Assembly: GCA_043727675.1 (NCBI GenBank)
Contig: JAYSYJ010000281.1
Span: 2,665 to 66,664, forward strand
Source: Fimbriiglobus sp.
Lineage (GTDB): Bacteria; Planctomycetota; Planctomycetia; Gemmatales; Gemmataceae
Direction: 5' to 3'
DNA length: 64,000 nucleotides
The notes beneath the pieces were generated by a model. That model did no database searches. It was not told where the DNA came from and saw only the letters and a list, made by a program, of their open reading frames with translations. Every line of letters starts with the position of its first letter. Position 1 is the stretch's first letter. The translations under genes were made by a program, and so were the position numbers. Below are positions 29,601-41,878 of this stretch, in pieces.

Positions 29601-30139
29601 AGCAGATTTTCACACGCGAAGTGCGCCACACGGTCGCTTGCATCAGCGATGACGGCCAATCCGCGGCGGCTGGTTCTCTCGGCCAGGCCTTCGCCTGGAG
29701 ACTCGACTCGGACTCCTCGGAATCGAGCTTCACCTTCGGAAGCGGTTGGCTGTCGGCGATCGCGCTGAGCCGAGACGGAACCGTTCTGGCTTTGGGAACG
29801 CGGGATTGGGACATCTTCCTCTTCGATGTGCGAAACCCCGATACCAAAGAAGAAACGGCGCCGAAAACCAAGCTCGAAGGGCATATCACTGCGGTGCGGA
29901 GTCTCGCATTCCATTCCAAAGGACACCGGCTGGTCTCTGGCGCTGATGATGGGTCGATCAAAGTCTGGGACACCGAGAGCGGCCAAGAAGCGATCAGCAT
30001 CAACATCTTTGTCCGCGTACCAATTCGTCGCATTTTTTTCAGCAACGGCAGCAGTGATATCATCGTGATGCCGGATAAGTGCCCGCCATTCAACCTGCAC
30101 GGCGGAACCCGTCGGCTCGTGGTTCCGCCGCGGCACTAG
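26690..30139 (+). CDS. Ser/Thr protein kinase with TM segment, coiled coil and C-terminal WD40 repeats
   Basis: Kinase motifs are GRGGMGVVYRAKQ (P-loop), VALK, HRDLKPGNIL, DFGLAK and GTPAYMSPEQ. A TM segment follows (IASVYALSALVLVITTLGLGIIGLW). WD40-like blades include GHTRRVLSVKFDS and GHITAVRSLAFHSKGHRLVSGADDGSIKVWD. Confidence 0.9.
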   Translation: MPVLSNSVDDETPPTGAMSDTGGFAQQLGPLEVTRASPVRLHSTPLDSSVQAPTPPPRDLTTTPVPGSVRAVKLPQVPGFVLSGELGRGGMGVVYRAKQIRLNRVVALKMLLHADTADLVDIIRFRSEAEAVAAVKHPHVVQVHEFGHVDGKPYFAMEFLAGGTLHNRIRTLGKSDPLPAAQLVEKLARAVQAAHSEGIVHRDLKPGNILFDELGEPRVTDFGLAKRFSMQLTNTQAVMGTPAYMSPEQASGRTKFVGPPSDIYSLGVILYECLTGKPPFDGADSITVIQQVLNDTPSSIRSQVRTVPRDLELICLKCLEKEPADRYPTAAALAEDLSCFLAGQPVQVRPAGPLERSIKWARRHPTIASVYALSALVLVITTLGLGIIGLWWEAVGARDEADRNSHVAELAKADAEAQRGEAEESRDRLTGQNREISNARKSVEDSLVSEKVANAAAQTSAQVAREATGKAEAAKQSLETISYLRDVGFANLESQRGNVLRARQLLDNCPENRRDWEWWHAYRVAHKEAASGSTNAVATDIAFSGKSVDVTTVDEGGVITPFDMDVGRGLPKSMIPGNEEHLLSRLSENASRLLTVRSRFQKAPDIATVWNTKTGKPVGVFPATGQLARSAAISGNGEKILIGYAQPHHLTAYDVATGKELGTLEGFCPAERTGLNRDGTRAISAIAHKRDQDSAYDIVVWDTATGKILAKHTSKLGFPIAMALDADGTTAVIGYDTGALLLYDVRTQKAIESEKAHTGSVLAVAITRDGQRVASSGDDGIVRICEAQTGVLEQNFRGHTRRVLSVKFDSTGELVASTDVAQRFFVWIMKGTKQAIAKLDPPAEMKGQFVMDQAGKRCISYSESGHIHIWELRADKHDPITPPTDAKFATFAIDPKGTRFAGADDRGTIYLWDQIATVAHELPKLESTKLDREIGGSRTLAVETLAFSADGTRLLATDGWRISVFDTTTRKQIFTREVRHTVACISDDGQSAAAGSLGQAFAWRLDSDSSESSFTFGSGWLSAIALSRDGTVLALGTRDWDIFLFDVRNPDTKEETAPKTKLEGHITAVRSLAFHSKGHRLVSGADDGSIKVWDTESGQEAISINIFVRVPIRRIFFSNGSSDIIVMPDKCPPFNLHGGTRRLVVPPRH

Positions 30140-30140
30140 A

Positions 30141-30620
30141 TTAGCAACAGCCTGACGTTCCACAACTCCCCTTCGGCTGGGCCGTCGGTGCCGCACTCGC
30201 CAACACGGGGATGCCGCAACGATCCGGGGCCAAGCAATCGGTGTGTTTGCTCCCCAACATCAGCAGTAACCCGTTCGGCGTGACTTCCATCCCGCCCAGT
30301 GGGTACTGCGAGATCGTGCCGGCTTCGTATTCGATTTCCACCGCTAGATCGTCGTCCTTCAAGATCGGCGCGGCCAGCTCCACGATCTTCGACAATTTAC
30401 CCGCCGTGAGGCGGTGGTCGATATCCGCCGCGACCCACACTTGCACCACGCACGCGGTGCTTTCCCGACGGGTGCCCCCGCAATCGACGAACTCTTTATG
30501 AACGCGACCGATCTCGGTGACGTGAAAATGGGCCGGCACGAAGTCGCCATCCGGCAGCATCACATGCAGCGGGGCATTCGTGTCTTTCGCCAACGCTCTG
30601 CGGAAGGTGGACAGGTTCAT
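30141..30620 (-). CDS. DUF6428 family protein
   Basis: LPDGDFVPAHFHVTEIGRVHKEFVDCGGT...HRL...KL and the C-terminal CLAPDRCGIP match my recollection of the DUF6428 pattern (FHVTEVG, DCGG, C..D.CG). Confidence 0.7.
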   Translation of the reverse strand: MNLSTFRRALAKDTNAPLHVMLPDGDFVPAHFHVTEIGRVHKEFVDCGGTRRESTACVVQVWVAADIDHRLTAGKLSKIVELAAPILKDDDLAVEIEYEAGTISQYPLGGMEVTPNGLLLMLGSKHTDCLAPDRCGIPVLASAAPTAQPKGSCGTSGCC

Positions 30621-30708
30621 CGGTGGAACTCTAGAAAGGTAACTGCGCGCCCGTCGAGCGCGGTCGGTGAATACACTTCTATCTTACCGTTCGACAGACG
30701 TCGCGCGG

Positions 30709-34023
<3,315 letters not shown>

Positions 34024-34166
34024 GGTTCTCGGAACGGGCTAAAGGTCGGTTCGGGCCAAACTCGTACTAGCTTACGGAGTGCGTGTGCCGCACCAAGTGG
34101 GGAACGCGGGAATTGAACTCGCTGCTCCGAATTGACCACCGTTACTGGACCCTGTAAACCAAATCG

Positions 34167-35381
34167 ATGAAACACCTCATCATCATCCCCGATGGTTGTG
34201 CCGACGAACCGGTTGCCGAACTGGGCCACCGCACCCCTTTGCAAGCGGCGAACCTACCGAACATGGATCGCGTGGTGCAACTCGGCACCACCGGCCTGAC
34301 CAACAACGTCCCGGCGACTCTCACGCCGGCTTCCGACGTCGCCACGTTGTCGCTATTCGGTTACGACCCTTTGAAGGTTTATACCGGGAGGGCGCCGCTC
34401 GAAACGGCCGCGATGGGAATCCCCTTGGGGCCGAATGATTGGGCCATCCGCTGCAACTGGATCCACGCCCCGGAGGGAACGATGGACGACTTCACCGCCG
34501 GGCACATCACGAGTGACGACGGTGGCGAATTGATGGCCGCGATCCAAGCTGAGTTGGGCGGACGCGAACTCGCCGGTGGCGTGCTGGAGTTCCACGCGGG
34601 CGTGAGTTACCGCAATATTTTGGTCTGGCGTGGGCGAACCGCCGAGTCGCCGTTCGCCGACTTGAAGACGCAACCGCCGCACGATGTGCCGAACCGTCCG
34701 TTGGCCGATCACCTGCCCGTCGGCACCGCTCGCAAACTTCTCGTCGAGTTGATGGAGGCGAGCAAAACGGTGCTGAAGAATCACCCGGCGAACCTCCGTC
34801 GGATTGCGGCCGGGAAGAAACCGGCGACCCAAATTTGGCTCTGGGGCCAAGGGAAAGCCCCGACCGTGATTCCGTTTCAACAGGTGTACGGGCCACGCGG
34901 GGCCATCATCTCGGCGGTCGATCTCGTCCGAGGTGTCGGGGTTCTGTTGGGCTGGCACCGCATCGACGTGCCCGGTGCCACAGGGTACCTCGACACCGAT
35001 TATGCCGCCAAAGGGCGCTACGCCATCGAAGCTCTGAAGCAGTTCGACTTAGTGTGCGTCCACGTCGAAGCACCGGACGAAGCGTCGCACGAAGGGCTAC
35101 CGCACGAGAAGGTGACCGCGCTCGAACGGATCGATACCCACATTGTCGGGCCGTTGCTGGAGGCACTGCCGCAGTACGAGTCGTGGCGAATCTTGGTGGA
35201 ACCCGATCACCGCACCACGCTGGCCACGCGGGCGCACGCCTACGGAGCCGTCCCGTTCGCCATCGCCGGAACGGGCATTGCGCCCAGCGGAGCCAAGCAG
35301 TACGACGAAGCTACCGCCGCCGCCAGCCCGCTCGCCTTCGACCCCGGCTGGAAGCTGATGGAGTGGTTCTTGGGGAGGTGA
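34167..35381 (+). CDS. apgM: cofactor-independent phosphoglycerate mutase, archaeal ApgM type
   Basis: MKHLIIIPDGCADEPVAELGHRTPLQAANLPNMD, HVEAPDEASHEG and EPDHRT are metalloenzyme-superfamily motifs typical of ApgM. Confidence 0.8.
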   Translation: MKHLIIIPDGCADEPVAELGHRTPLQAANLPNMDRVVQLGTTGLTNNVPATLTPASDVATLSLFGYDPLKVYTGRAPLETAAMGIPLGPNDWAIRCNWIHAPEGTMDDFTAGHITSDDGGELMAAIQAELGGRELAGGVLEFHAGVSYRNILVWRGRTAESPFADLKTQPPHDVPNRPLADHLPVGTARKLLVELMEASKTVLKNHPANLRRIAAGKKPATQIWLWGQGKAPTVIPFQQVYGPRGAIISAVDLVRGVGVLLGWHRIDVPGATGYLDTDYAAKGRYAIEALKQFDLVCVHVEAPDEASHEGLPHEKVTALERIDTHIVGPLLEALPQYESWRILVEPDHRTTLATRAHAYGAVPFAIAGTGIAPSGAKQYDEATAAASPLAFDPGWKLMEWFLGR

Positions 35382-35524
35382 GATCGACTGAATCTTTCAC
35401 AGCCGACCCGACTAAGCAATCGAGAAGTTCCTCACGAAATGAGAGGGTCGCCCAAACCTTTCCTGGCACCCTTTCCCTAAGATAACGGTTACCGTTCGTT
35501 TCCTAGTTGCCTTTCGAGTCGCGC

Positions 35525-37327
35525 ATGAGTTTGTTGTTGTCGGCCCGGTCGATTGCCAAGAGTTTCAGCCACCGGCCCTTGTTCGCCGATCTCTCGCTGG
35601 ACTTGCGTGCCGGCGAGAAGATCGGGTTGATCGGCCCGAACGGCGCGGGCAAGTCGACGCTGCTCAAAATATTGGCGGCGGTGGAAGTACCCGATTCCGG
35701 GGAACGCTCGGTGGCCCGATCCGCCCGCGTGGGCTATCTCCCGCAAGAGGACACGTTCCCACCGGATCGCACTTCGCGGGAAGTGATCCTCGACGCTTTG
35801 GCCGACGACGACCTCGAAGACCACGAACGCGAGATGCACGCCGCCATCGCCCTGACCAAAGTCGGCTTGGACGACGGCGACCAGATGCCCGACACCCTGT
35901 CCGGCGGGTGGCGCAAACGCCTCGCCGTGGCCCGTGCGCTCGCACTGCGGCCCGACTTCTTGCTGATGGACGAACCGACCAACCACCTCGATCTGCCCGG
36001 CGTCGTCTGGCTCGAAAAGTTGTTGCGGGCCTCACCGTTCGGGTATCTGGCCGCCACGCACGACCGGGCGTTCCTGCGGGCCATCGCCCCGGAGATCATC
36101 GAGATCAGCCGGGTCTATCCCACGGGCAGTTTCCGCGCCGACGGTGGTTACGACAGCTTCGACGAGAAGCGCGAACTGTTCCTCGAAGCCCAGGGCCGCC
36201 AACGCGAAGCGGTGGCCAACCAAGTGCGGCGCGAATCGGAATGGCTCGGCCGCAAGGAGTCGGCCCAGCGGAAGAAATCGAAGTCGCGCATCGGCGAAGC
36301 GGCCGACCGTCGCGCGGTTCTCGCCGAGTTGAACTACCGCACTGCCGCCGCCGGTGCGGCTGGAATCGACTTCGACGGTACCGGTCGGCAGACGAAGAAA
36401 CTGCTCACGGCGCAGGGCATCGGCAAGTCGCTCGGCGGCAAGCCACTGTTCCACGACATCGATTTAATTTTGTCGCCGGGGATGCGGCTCGGACTGCTCG
36501 GGGCTAACGGCAGTGGCAAGAGCACGCTACTGAAAGTACTCGGTGGCGAACTCGACCCCGACACCGGCGTCGTCACCCGGGCGGACGGACTGCGAGCCGT
36601 GACCTTCGAACAGGGGCGCTCCTCGCTCGACCAAAACATGCGGTTGCGTACAGCGTTGTCTCCGAACGCCGATTCGGTGATCTACCGCGGTCAACCGCTG
36701 CACGTGGCTGCGTGGGCGCAGCGCTTCTTGTTCAGCCCGCTGCAACTCGATTTGGAACTCGGCGCCCTCTCCGGCGGGGAACAAGCCCGGGTTCGCATCG
36801 CCCAACTGATGCTCAAGCCGGCCGATTTACTCCTGTTGGATGAACCGACGAACGACCTCGACATCCCCGCGCTCGAGGTGCTGGAAGAGAGCTTGTCCGA
36901 GTTTCCCGGCGCGATCATCCTCGTCAGCCACGATCGCGATTTGATGGATCGCCTCTGCACCGAAGTGATCGGTTTGGACGGCCGGGGCGGATCGAATTCG
37001 TACGGCAGCGTCGGCCAATGGTTGACGTCGTACGAGAAAGCCAATGCCGCGCTCAAGGGTGACGATAAAGCCAAGATCAAGGGGGAATCGAAACCCAAAG
37101 CGAAGAAAATGAGCTACAAGGAGCAACAAGAATGGGATGGCATGGAAGCGGCCCTGGAAGCGGCCGAGGGTTCGGTGGCAGAGGCGCAGGCCCTGGTTGA
37201 AGCGGCCGCAAACTCTCCTCGCCCCATTCTAACGGCGGCGTGCGGCCAACTGGACGCGGCCCAAGCGAAAGTGGAGAAACTGTACGCCCGCTGGCAGGTG
37301 CTCGAAGCCAAGCGGAGTGGATCGTGA
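35525..37327 (+). CDS. ABC-F family ATPase (Uup-like), two ABC domains and a C-terminal coiled coil
   Basis: Walker A appears twice (GPNGAGKST and GANGSGKST). The signatures are LSGGWRKRL and LSGGEQARV. Walker B is LLMDEPTNHLD and LLLDEPTNDLD. The track start at 35507 is TTG, so I use ATG 35525. Confidence 0.9.
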   Translation: MSLLLSARSIAKSFSHRPLFADLSLDLRAGEKIGLIGPNGAGKSTLLKILAAVEVPDSGERSVARSARVGYLPQEDTFPPDRTSREVILDALADDDLEDHEREMHAAIALTKVGLDDGDQMPDTLSGGWRKRLAVARALALRPDFLLMDEPTNHLDLPGVVWLEKLLRASPFGYLAATHDRAFLRAIAPEIIEISRVYPTGSFRADGGYDSFDEKRELFLEAQGRQREAVANQVRRESEWLGRKESAQRKKSKSRIGEAADRRAVLAELNYRTAAAGAAGIDFDGTGRQTKKLLTAQGIGKSLGGKPLFHDIDLILSPGMRLGLLGANGSGKSTLLKVLGGELDPDTGVVTRADGLRAVTFEQGRSSLDQNMRLRTALSPNADSVIYRGQPLHVAAWAQRFLFSPLQLDLELGALSGGEQARVRIAQLMLKPADLLLLDEPTNDLDIPALEVLEESLSEFPGAIILVSHDRDLMDRLCTEVIGLDGRGGSNSYGSVGQWLTSYEKANAALKGDDKAKIKGESKPKAKKMSYKEQQEWDGMEAALEAAEGSVAEAQALVEAAANSPRPILTAACGQLDAAQAKVEKLYARWQVLEAKRSGS

Positions 37328-37354
37328 CTTAGGACTACTGACGGAGGATTACCG

Positions 37355-37573
37355 ATGGCGCTGAACTGGACCGACTTCCGTGAGATTGGCGAACTGCTGT
37401 TCGAGCGGTACGACACACTGAACCCGCTGACTGTGCGCTTCACCGATTTGCACAAATGGGTGATGGATCTAGAAGGATTCGAAGGCGTGCCGACGGGTTC
37501 ATCCGAAAAGATCCTCGAAGCCATCCAGATGGCGTGGTTCGAGGAATGGAACGATGAATATGGTACTGCGTAA
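37355..37573 (+). CDS. iscX: Fe-S cluster assembly accessory protein IscX
   Basis: MALNWTDFREIGELLFERYDTLNPLTVRFTDLHKWVMDLEGFEG... is collinear with E. coli IscX ([44 protein letters not shown], quoted from memory). Confidence 0.8.
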   Translation: MALNWTDFREIGELLFERYDTLNPLTVRFTDLHKWVMDLEGFEGVPTGSSEKILEAIQMAWFEEWNDEYGTA

Positions 37574-37575
37574 GC

Positions 37576-38526
37576 TCAACTCTTCGCAGGCTCGTCCGGA
37601 GTTATCTCTTTGCGGGTGGCGCGTGCCATGAGCCGAATCGGCCGCTCCTTGTTGCCCGAATATTCACCGACTCGACGCAGGGCGAATCGCGCCGCAAACA
37701 ATCCGACCGCGATCAGCGGGAGCCACGGGGCCAATCCGACGACCAAGAGCACCGCATTTTTGCCGAGCCGCAATAACGACTTCCACGATTGGGTAAACGT
37801 GCCATCCACATCGTCGCCGAATGTGGGTGCAGCAGCCGGCCGGATGGGGTCATAGGTCTGCTCTTCGCGAGCGGTGAAGGTGATCGACGACAAACTCGAC
37901 ATTGTCGATAAGTACTTCAGCCGGCCCTCGGCTCGTTCAATTTCACCGCGGACGTTTTTGATCTGATCGCGAGTTTTCAAGTAGCCATCCACGTTGGTAA
38001 TCGCGTCCTTGAGAAACTTGTTCAACGTCTCTTCTTCAACTTTCAAATTCTTAATGCGGCTCTGCAAGTCGACGTATTCTTCGGTCACATCTTGCGAGTC
38101 CGACGAATTCTTCACGACTTGCCCGAGTGCGGAGAGCGCCTTCAACACTTCGGGAAATTTTTCGACCGGTATCTTCAACGTCCAAATGGCCGTGCGCCGG
38201 GAACCGACCTGCCCGGTGATGTCCGACTTGGCAATATACCCTTTGATTTCGTCAACGATTCGTGTGACTTCGGCCGCCGCCTGCTCGACATCTTTGACCA
38301 CGACTTCGACCACGGCCGTGTAAATGATTTTCCGGCTGATCGCCTCATTTTTTTGACCGTCGGCGCCGGGCTTCCCGTCGCCTTTCTCACCCGCTTGCGG
38401 GGGCTTCGGCAGTTTCGGTGGGCCTTCTTGACTGACTTCGCCGGTTGATCCTCCGCCGCAGCCTTCCGCTCCGAGAAGGGGCACACACAGCAACGCGACG
38501 AAGACAGGCCAAATGCGGCGACGCAT
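37576..38526 (-). CDS. DUF4349-like lipoprotein
   Basis: The N-terminus MRRRIWPVFVALLCVPLLGAEGCGG is lipoprotein-like. A coiled-coil middle region is followed by two C-terminal TM helices (AVLLVVGLAPWLPLIAVGLFAA), which is the DUF4349 architecture. Confidence 0.6.
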   Translation of the reverse strand: MRRRIWPVFVALLCVPLLGAEGCGGGSTGEVSQEGPPKLPKPPQAGEKGDGKPGADGQKNEAISRKIIYTAVVEVVVKDVEQAAAEVTRIVDEIKGYIAKSDITGQVGSRRTAIWTLKIPVEKFPEVLKALSALGQVVKNSSDSQDVTEEYVDLQSRIKNLKVEEETLNKFLKDAITNVDGYLKTRDQIKNVRGEIERAEGRLKYLSTMSSLSSITFTAREEQTYDPIRPAAAPTFGDDVDGTFTQSWKSLLRLGKNAVLLVVGLAPWLPLIAVGLFAARFALRRVGEYSGNKERPIRLMARATRKEITPDEPAKS

Positions 38527-38681
38527 GGGAAACCCCCGGTGAAGTGAGTTCCAATACGATACCTGAAACCGGACGTTTATTCCCGCGAGCGGTGGCGAAT
38601 TGACATACTCTTTCTCTTACTTCATGAGTTCGCGGTGGTTATAGTAACAGCACTCGTTCCACTCGGAAGACTGTACGCACC

Positions 38682-39953
38682 ATGAATCTCTGGACACGCC
38701 GCCGACTGCGATCCCGTTGGACTTGGATCGGCCTTGTGGTCGCGGCGGTGGCGTCTGTGCAGCTTTATGCGTGGTACCAGTTTCGGAGTGGGCGCACGGC
38801 GCTCGCCGCCGATCGGCCGGATGTCGCCCATCGGCACTTCGAACGGTCGCGGGCCATTTGGCCCTGGGGAAACCGAGTCGATGTGCAGTTGTTGAGCAGT
38901 CGGGCGGCGTGGCAATCGGGTGATCGAACCTTGGCCATGGGCGAACTTCGAGAAGCTCGTCGGGCATCGGGGAGCACCACCCCGGAATTGGCTTTCGAGT
39001 GGGCGTTGCTCCAAGCGGTCGATGGGAACGTCTCGGATGTCGCCGAGTATTTGCAGCAGAAGGCGGATGCCGACCCCAGCGTGCAACGCATCGTCTGGGA
39101 GGCACTGACCGAGGGATACTTAGCGGTCTATCGCGCCAACGACGCCTTCACCATCGCCCAGCAGTGGGTCAGCCGTGACCCGGACGATCTGCGGGCCTTG
39201 GAGCTACGCGGTCAAGCTGCGATCCAAGGCCGTGGTCGTGGTTTGGCAATCGGTGCGGACGACTTGCGCGAAGTTCTCAAACGCGAACCGACCCGCATCA
39301 GAGCACGGGCGATGCTTTCCATTACTTTGCTCGATCTCGGACTCTTCGATGAGGCGATTCCCGAACTCGAACGACTCACTCGGGATCAGCCTGATCAACC
39401 CGACCACCGGGTTCGCTTGGCCCGCTGTCTGAAAATGACCAACCATCCGGACGAGGCCGTGAAACTGCTCGATGCGGTATTGCAATCGAACCCGGATCAC
39501 GGTTTGGCCCTTCGGGCACGGGGACAATTCGCGCTGAGCGATCTCCGCCTGGCCGAAGCGGAAACGTGGCTCCGGCGTGCCGCCGAGGTTCTGCCGAACG
39601 ACTACCAGACCCAGTACCTCTTGTATCAAGCTCTCCAGCAAGCGGGGTATGCGACGGAGGCGACCGAGCAGTTGAAGCGTTCCGAAACGGTGAAGCAACA
39701 GTCGACCCAATTGGCGGACTTGCGCACTCGCCGGCTGGCCGAACGACCGCTCGACCCGGCTTTGTACACCGAAATGGGGAGCTTGTTGGTGAAGACGGGC
39801 AACACCGAGCAAGGGCTGCGCTGGCTCGATGTGGCACTGTCGCTCGATCCCGGATTTCGACCGGCTCACGAGGCGCTCGCATTGCATTTCGAAAAAGTGG
39901 GCAACACCGAACGAGCCGCATTTCATCGGCAGCAGTTGTCGAGACTGCGATAG
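38682..39953 (+). CDS. membrane-anchored TPR-repeat protein
   Basis: There is an N-terminal TM segment (WTWIGLVVAAVASVQLYAWY) and multiple TPR-like repeats (ARCLKMTNHPDEAVKLLDAVLQSNPDH, LYQALQQAGYATEATEQL). Confidence 0.7.
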   Translation: MNLWTRRRLRSRWTWIGLVVAAVASVQLYAWYQFRSGRTALAADRPDVAHRHFERSRAIWPWGNRVDVQLLSSRAAWQSGDRTLAMGELREARRASGSTTPELAFEWALLQAVDGNVSDVAEYLQQKADADPSVQRIVWEALTEGYLAVYRANDAFTIAQQWVSRDPDDLRALELRGQAAIQGRGRGLAIGADDLREVLKREPTRIRARAMLSITLLDLGLFDEAIPELERLTRDQPDQPDHRVRLARCLKMTNHPDEAVKLLDAVLQSNPDHGLALRARGQFALSDLRLAEAETWLRRAAEVLPNDYQTQYLLYQALQQAGYATEATEQLKRSETVKQQSTQLADLRTRRLAERPLDPALYTEMGSLLVKTGNTEQGLRWLDVALSLDPGFRPAHEALALHFEKVGNTERAAFHRQQLSRLR

Positions 39954-40025
39954 TCCGATTTGAACAGCGCTGCGGTGCCCGGCGTATCTCTGGTAGAAGA
40001 TACCTCTCTCCGGTTGGATCCCATC

Positions 40026-41828
40026 ATGTCGTTGTCATCCGGTCGTTGGGCAGTCTGCGGTACCATTTTCGCGTTGTTGATTGTCGTGGCCAGTTGCGGC
40101 AAGCCGACCGCCGCTCCGGCCCCGGCCAGTGTCGAAGAACCGGTCGGAGCGATGTTATTCGAGGACGTGACCAAGAGAAGCGGCGTCGAAGCCACGTACC
40201 GCAACGGCGAGGAAACCAACAACTATTCCATCATCGAATCGCTGGGCGGAGGAGTCGCTTTGTTCGATTTCGACCACGACGGGTTACTCGACATCTTCGT
40301 GGTCGGCGGCGGATACTTCGACGGCAAGACCGTCTTGGGTCACCCGTGCAAGCTGTACCGCAACTTGGGGAACTTCAAGTTCGAGGACGTGACCAAAGCC
40401 GTCGGATTGGAGGGGCCGTTGCAATATTCGCACGGTGCCTCGGCCTTCGATTACGACAACGACGGCTGGAAAGATCTGCTCGTCAGCGGGTACAACCGGT
40501 TGGTGCTGCTGCACAACGAACCGGACGGAAAGGGCGGACGCAAGTTCGTCGATGTGACCGCCAAAGCGGGCCTGACCACTGATACGCTCTGGTCCACTTC
40601 CACGGCGTGGGGCGATCTCAACGGCGATGGCTTCGCGGACATTTACGTTTGCCACTACGGCAATTGGGGGTTCAGTGGCACAGGTCCGGATGGCAAACCG
40701 TACCGCCATCCCACCGATTGCAACTACGACGGCAAAACACGGGACGTCTGCCAGCCCGCCAAGTTCACCCAATTGCCCCACATGCTGTTCCAGAACAACG
40801 GCAACGGCACATTCACCGACATCAGCGCGACGGTGAACTTGAATGCGGAGAAGAAACGTGGGCCCCTGCGGAACGATGGCCGCGGCATCGGGGCTGTGAT
40901 GGTCGATATCAACGGTGATGGCCGGCCAGACATTTACGCGGCGAACGATACCGACGACAACTTCCTTTACCTCAATCGGGGGGCGAAGTTCGGGCCGGGG
41001 ACAGAAATTCTGATCGAGGAGATCGGTTTGATCGCCGGGGTGGCCCGCGACGATCGGGGCACGGCCAACGGCAGCATGGGGTTGGGCGTCTCGGACTTCG
41101 ACCACTCGGGCCTGGCGTCGATCATCGTCACCAATTATGAATCCGAACTTCCGGCGTTGTATCAAAACCGCACCACCGACCCCAACCGCGTCCGCTTTTC
41201 GTACTCCACGCAATCGTCGGGGTTGGGCACCCTCAACGGTGTGTTTGTTTCCTGGGGCACCGGCTTCGCCGATTTCGACCTCAACGGCTGGGACGACTTG
41301 TACATCATGAACGGGCACGCCGTCCGGCATCCGATCAAAGGAGAACGGCGGCAGAAGCCCGCCCTGCTTCTCAACAACGGCGGGAAGTTGAAAATTCAGT
41401 CGGCTCGCGGCGGGAGTTACTTCGGTGCGGCCCACAACGCCCGTGGCAGTGCGGTGGGCGATTTCGACAACGACGGCCGCCCCGATCTCGTCGTCGTCCG
41501 GCACAACGAACCGCTGGTGATTCTGAAGAATATCGCCCCGCTGACCGGGAAGCATTGGCTGGGATTGTCATTGGCGGGGAAGGCCAATCGAGACTTGGTC
41601 GGTACCCGCGTCGTGATTGAAACCGCACTCGGACAGCAGACGAAGTTCGTCAAAGGTGGCTCGAGTTACGCCTCCACCGACGACGCGCGGCTGCTGTTCG
41701 GCCTGGGTGCCGACGAGACGATTCTCAAGGCCACCGTCCATTGGTCGCATGGGGAACGCCAAGAGATTTCGGGCTTGACGGTCGACAAGTACCACGAGTG
41801 TATCGAAGGTTCGGAAGTGAAAAAATGA
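40026..41828 (+). CDS. CRTAC1-family FG-GAP (VCBS) lipoprotein with C-terminal ASPIC/UnbV domain
   Basis: The start is set at MSLSSGRWAVCGTIFALLIVVASCG (lipobox). FG-GAP motifs are FDFDHDGLLDIFVVGGG, FDYDNDGWKDLLVSG, GDLNGDGFADIYVC, VDINGDGRPDIYAAN and GDFDNDGRPDLVVV. The UnbV-type tail is GTRVVIETALGQQTKFVKGGSSYASTDDARLLFGLG. Confidence 0.85.
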   Translation: MSLSSGRWAVCGTIFALLIVVASCGKPTAAPAPASVEEPVGAMLFEDVTKRSGVEATYRNGEETNNYSIIESLGGGVALFDFDHDGLLDIFVVGGGYFDGKTVLGHPCKLYRNLGNFKFEDVTKAVGLEGPLQYSHGASAFDYDNDGWKDLLVSGYNRLVLLHNEPDGKGGRKFVDVTAKAGLTTDTLWSTSTAWGDLNGDGFADIYVCHYGNWGFSGTGPDGKPYRHPTDCNYDGKTRDVCQPAKFTQLPHMLFQNNGNGTFTDISATVNLNAEKKRGPLRNDGRGIGAVMVDINGDGRPDIYAANDTDDNFLYLNRGAKFGPGTEILIEEIGLIAGVARDDRGTANGSMGLGVSDFDHSGLASIIVTNYESELPALYQNRTTDPNRVRFSYSTQSSGLGTLNGVFVSWGTGFADFDLNGWDDLYIMNGHAVRHPIKGERRQKPALLLNNGGKLKIQSARGGSYFGAAHNARGSAVGDFDNDGRPDLVVVRHNEPLVILKNIAPLTGKHWLGLSLAGKANRDLVGTRVVIETALGQQTKFVKGGSSYASTDDARLLFGLGADETILKATVHWSHGERQEISGLTVDKYHECIEGSEVKK

Positions 41829-41878
41829 AGCGAGCGGCGAGCCGGTTGGCTCGCCGCTCTTTTTGGGTCACTGGAAAA

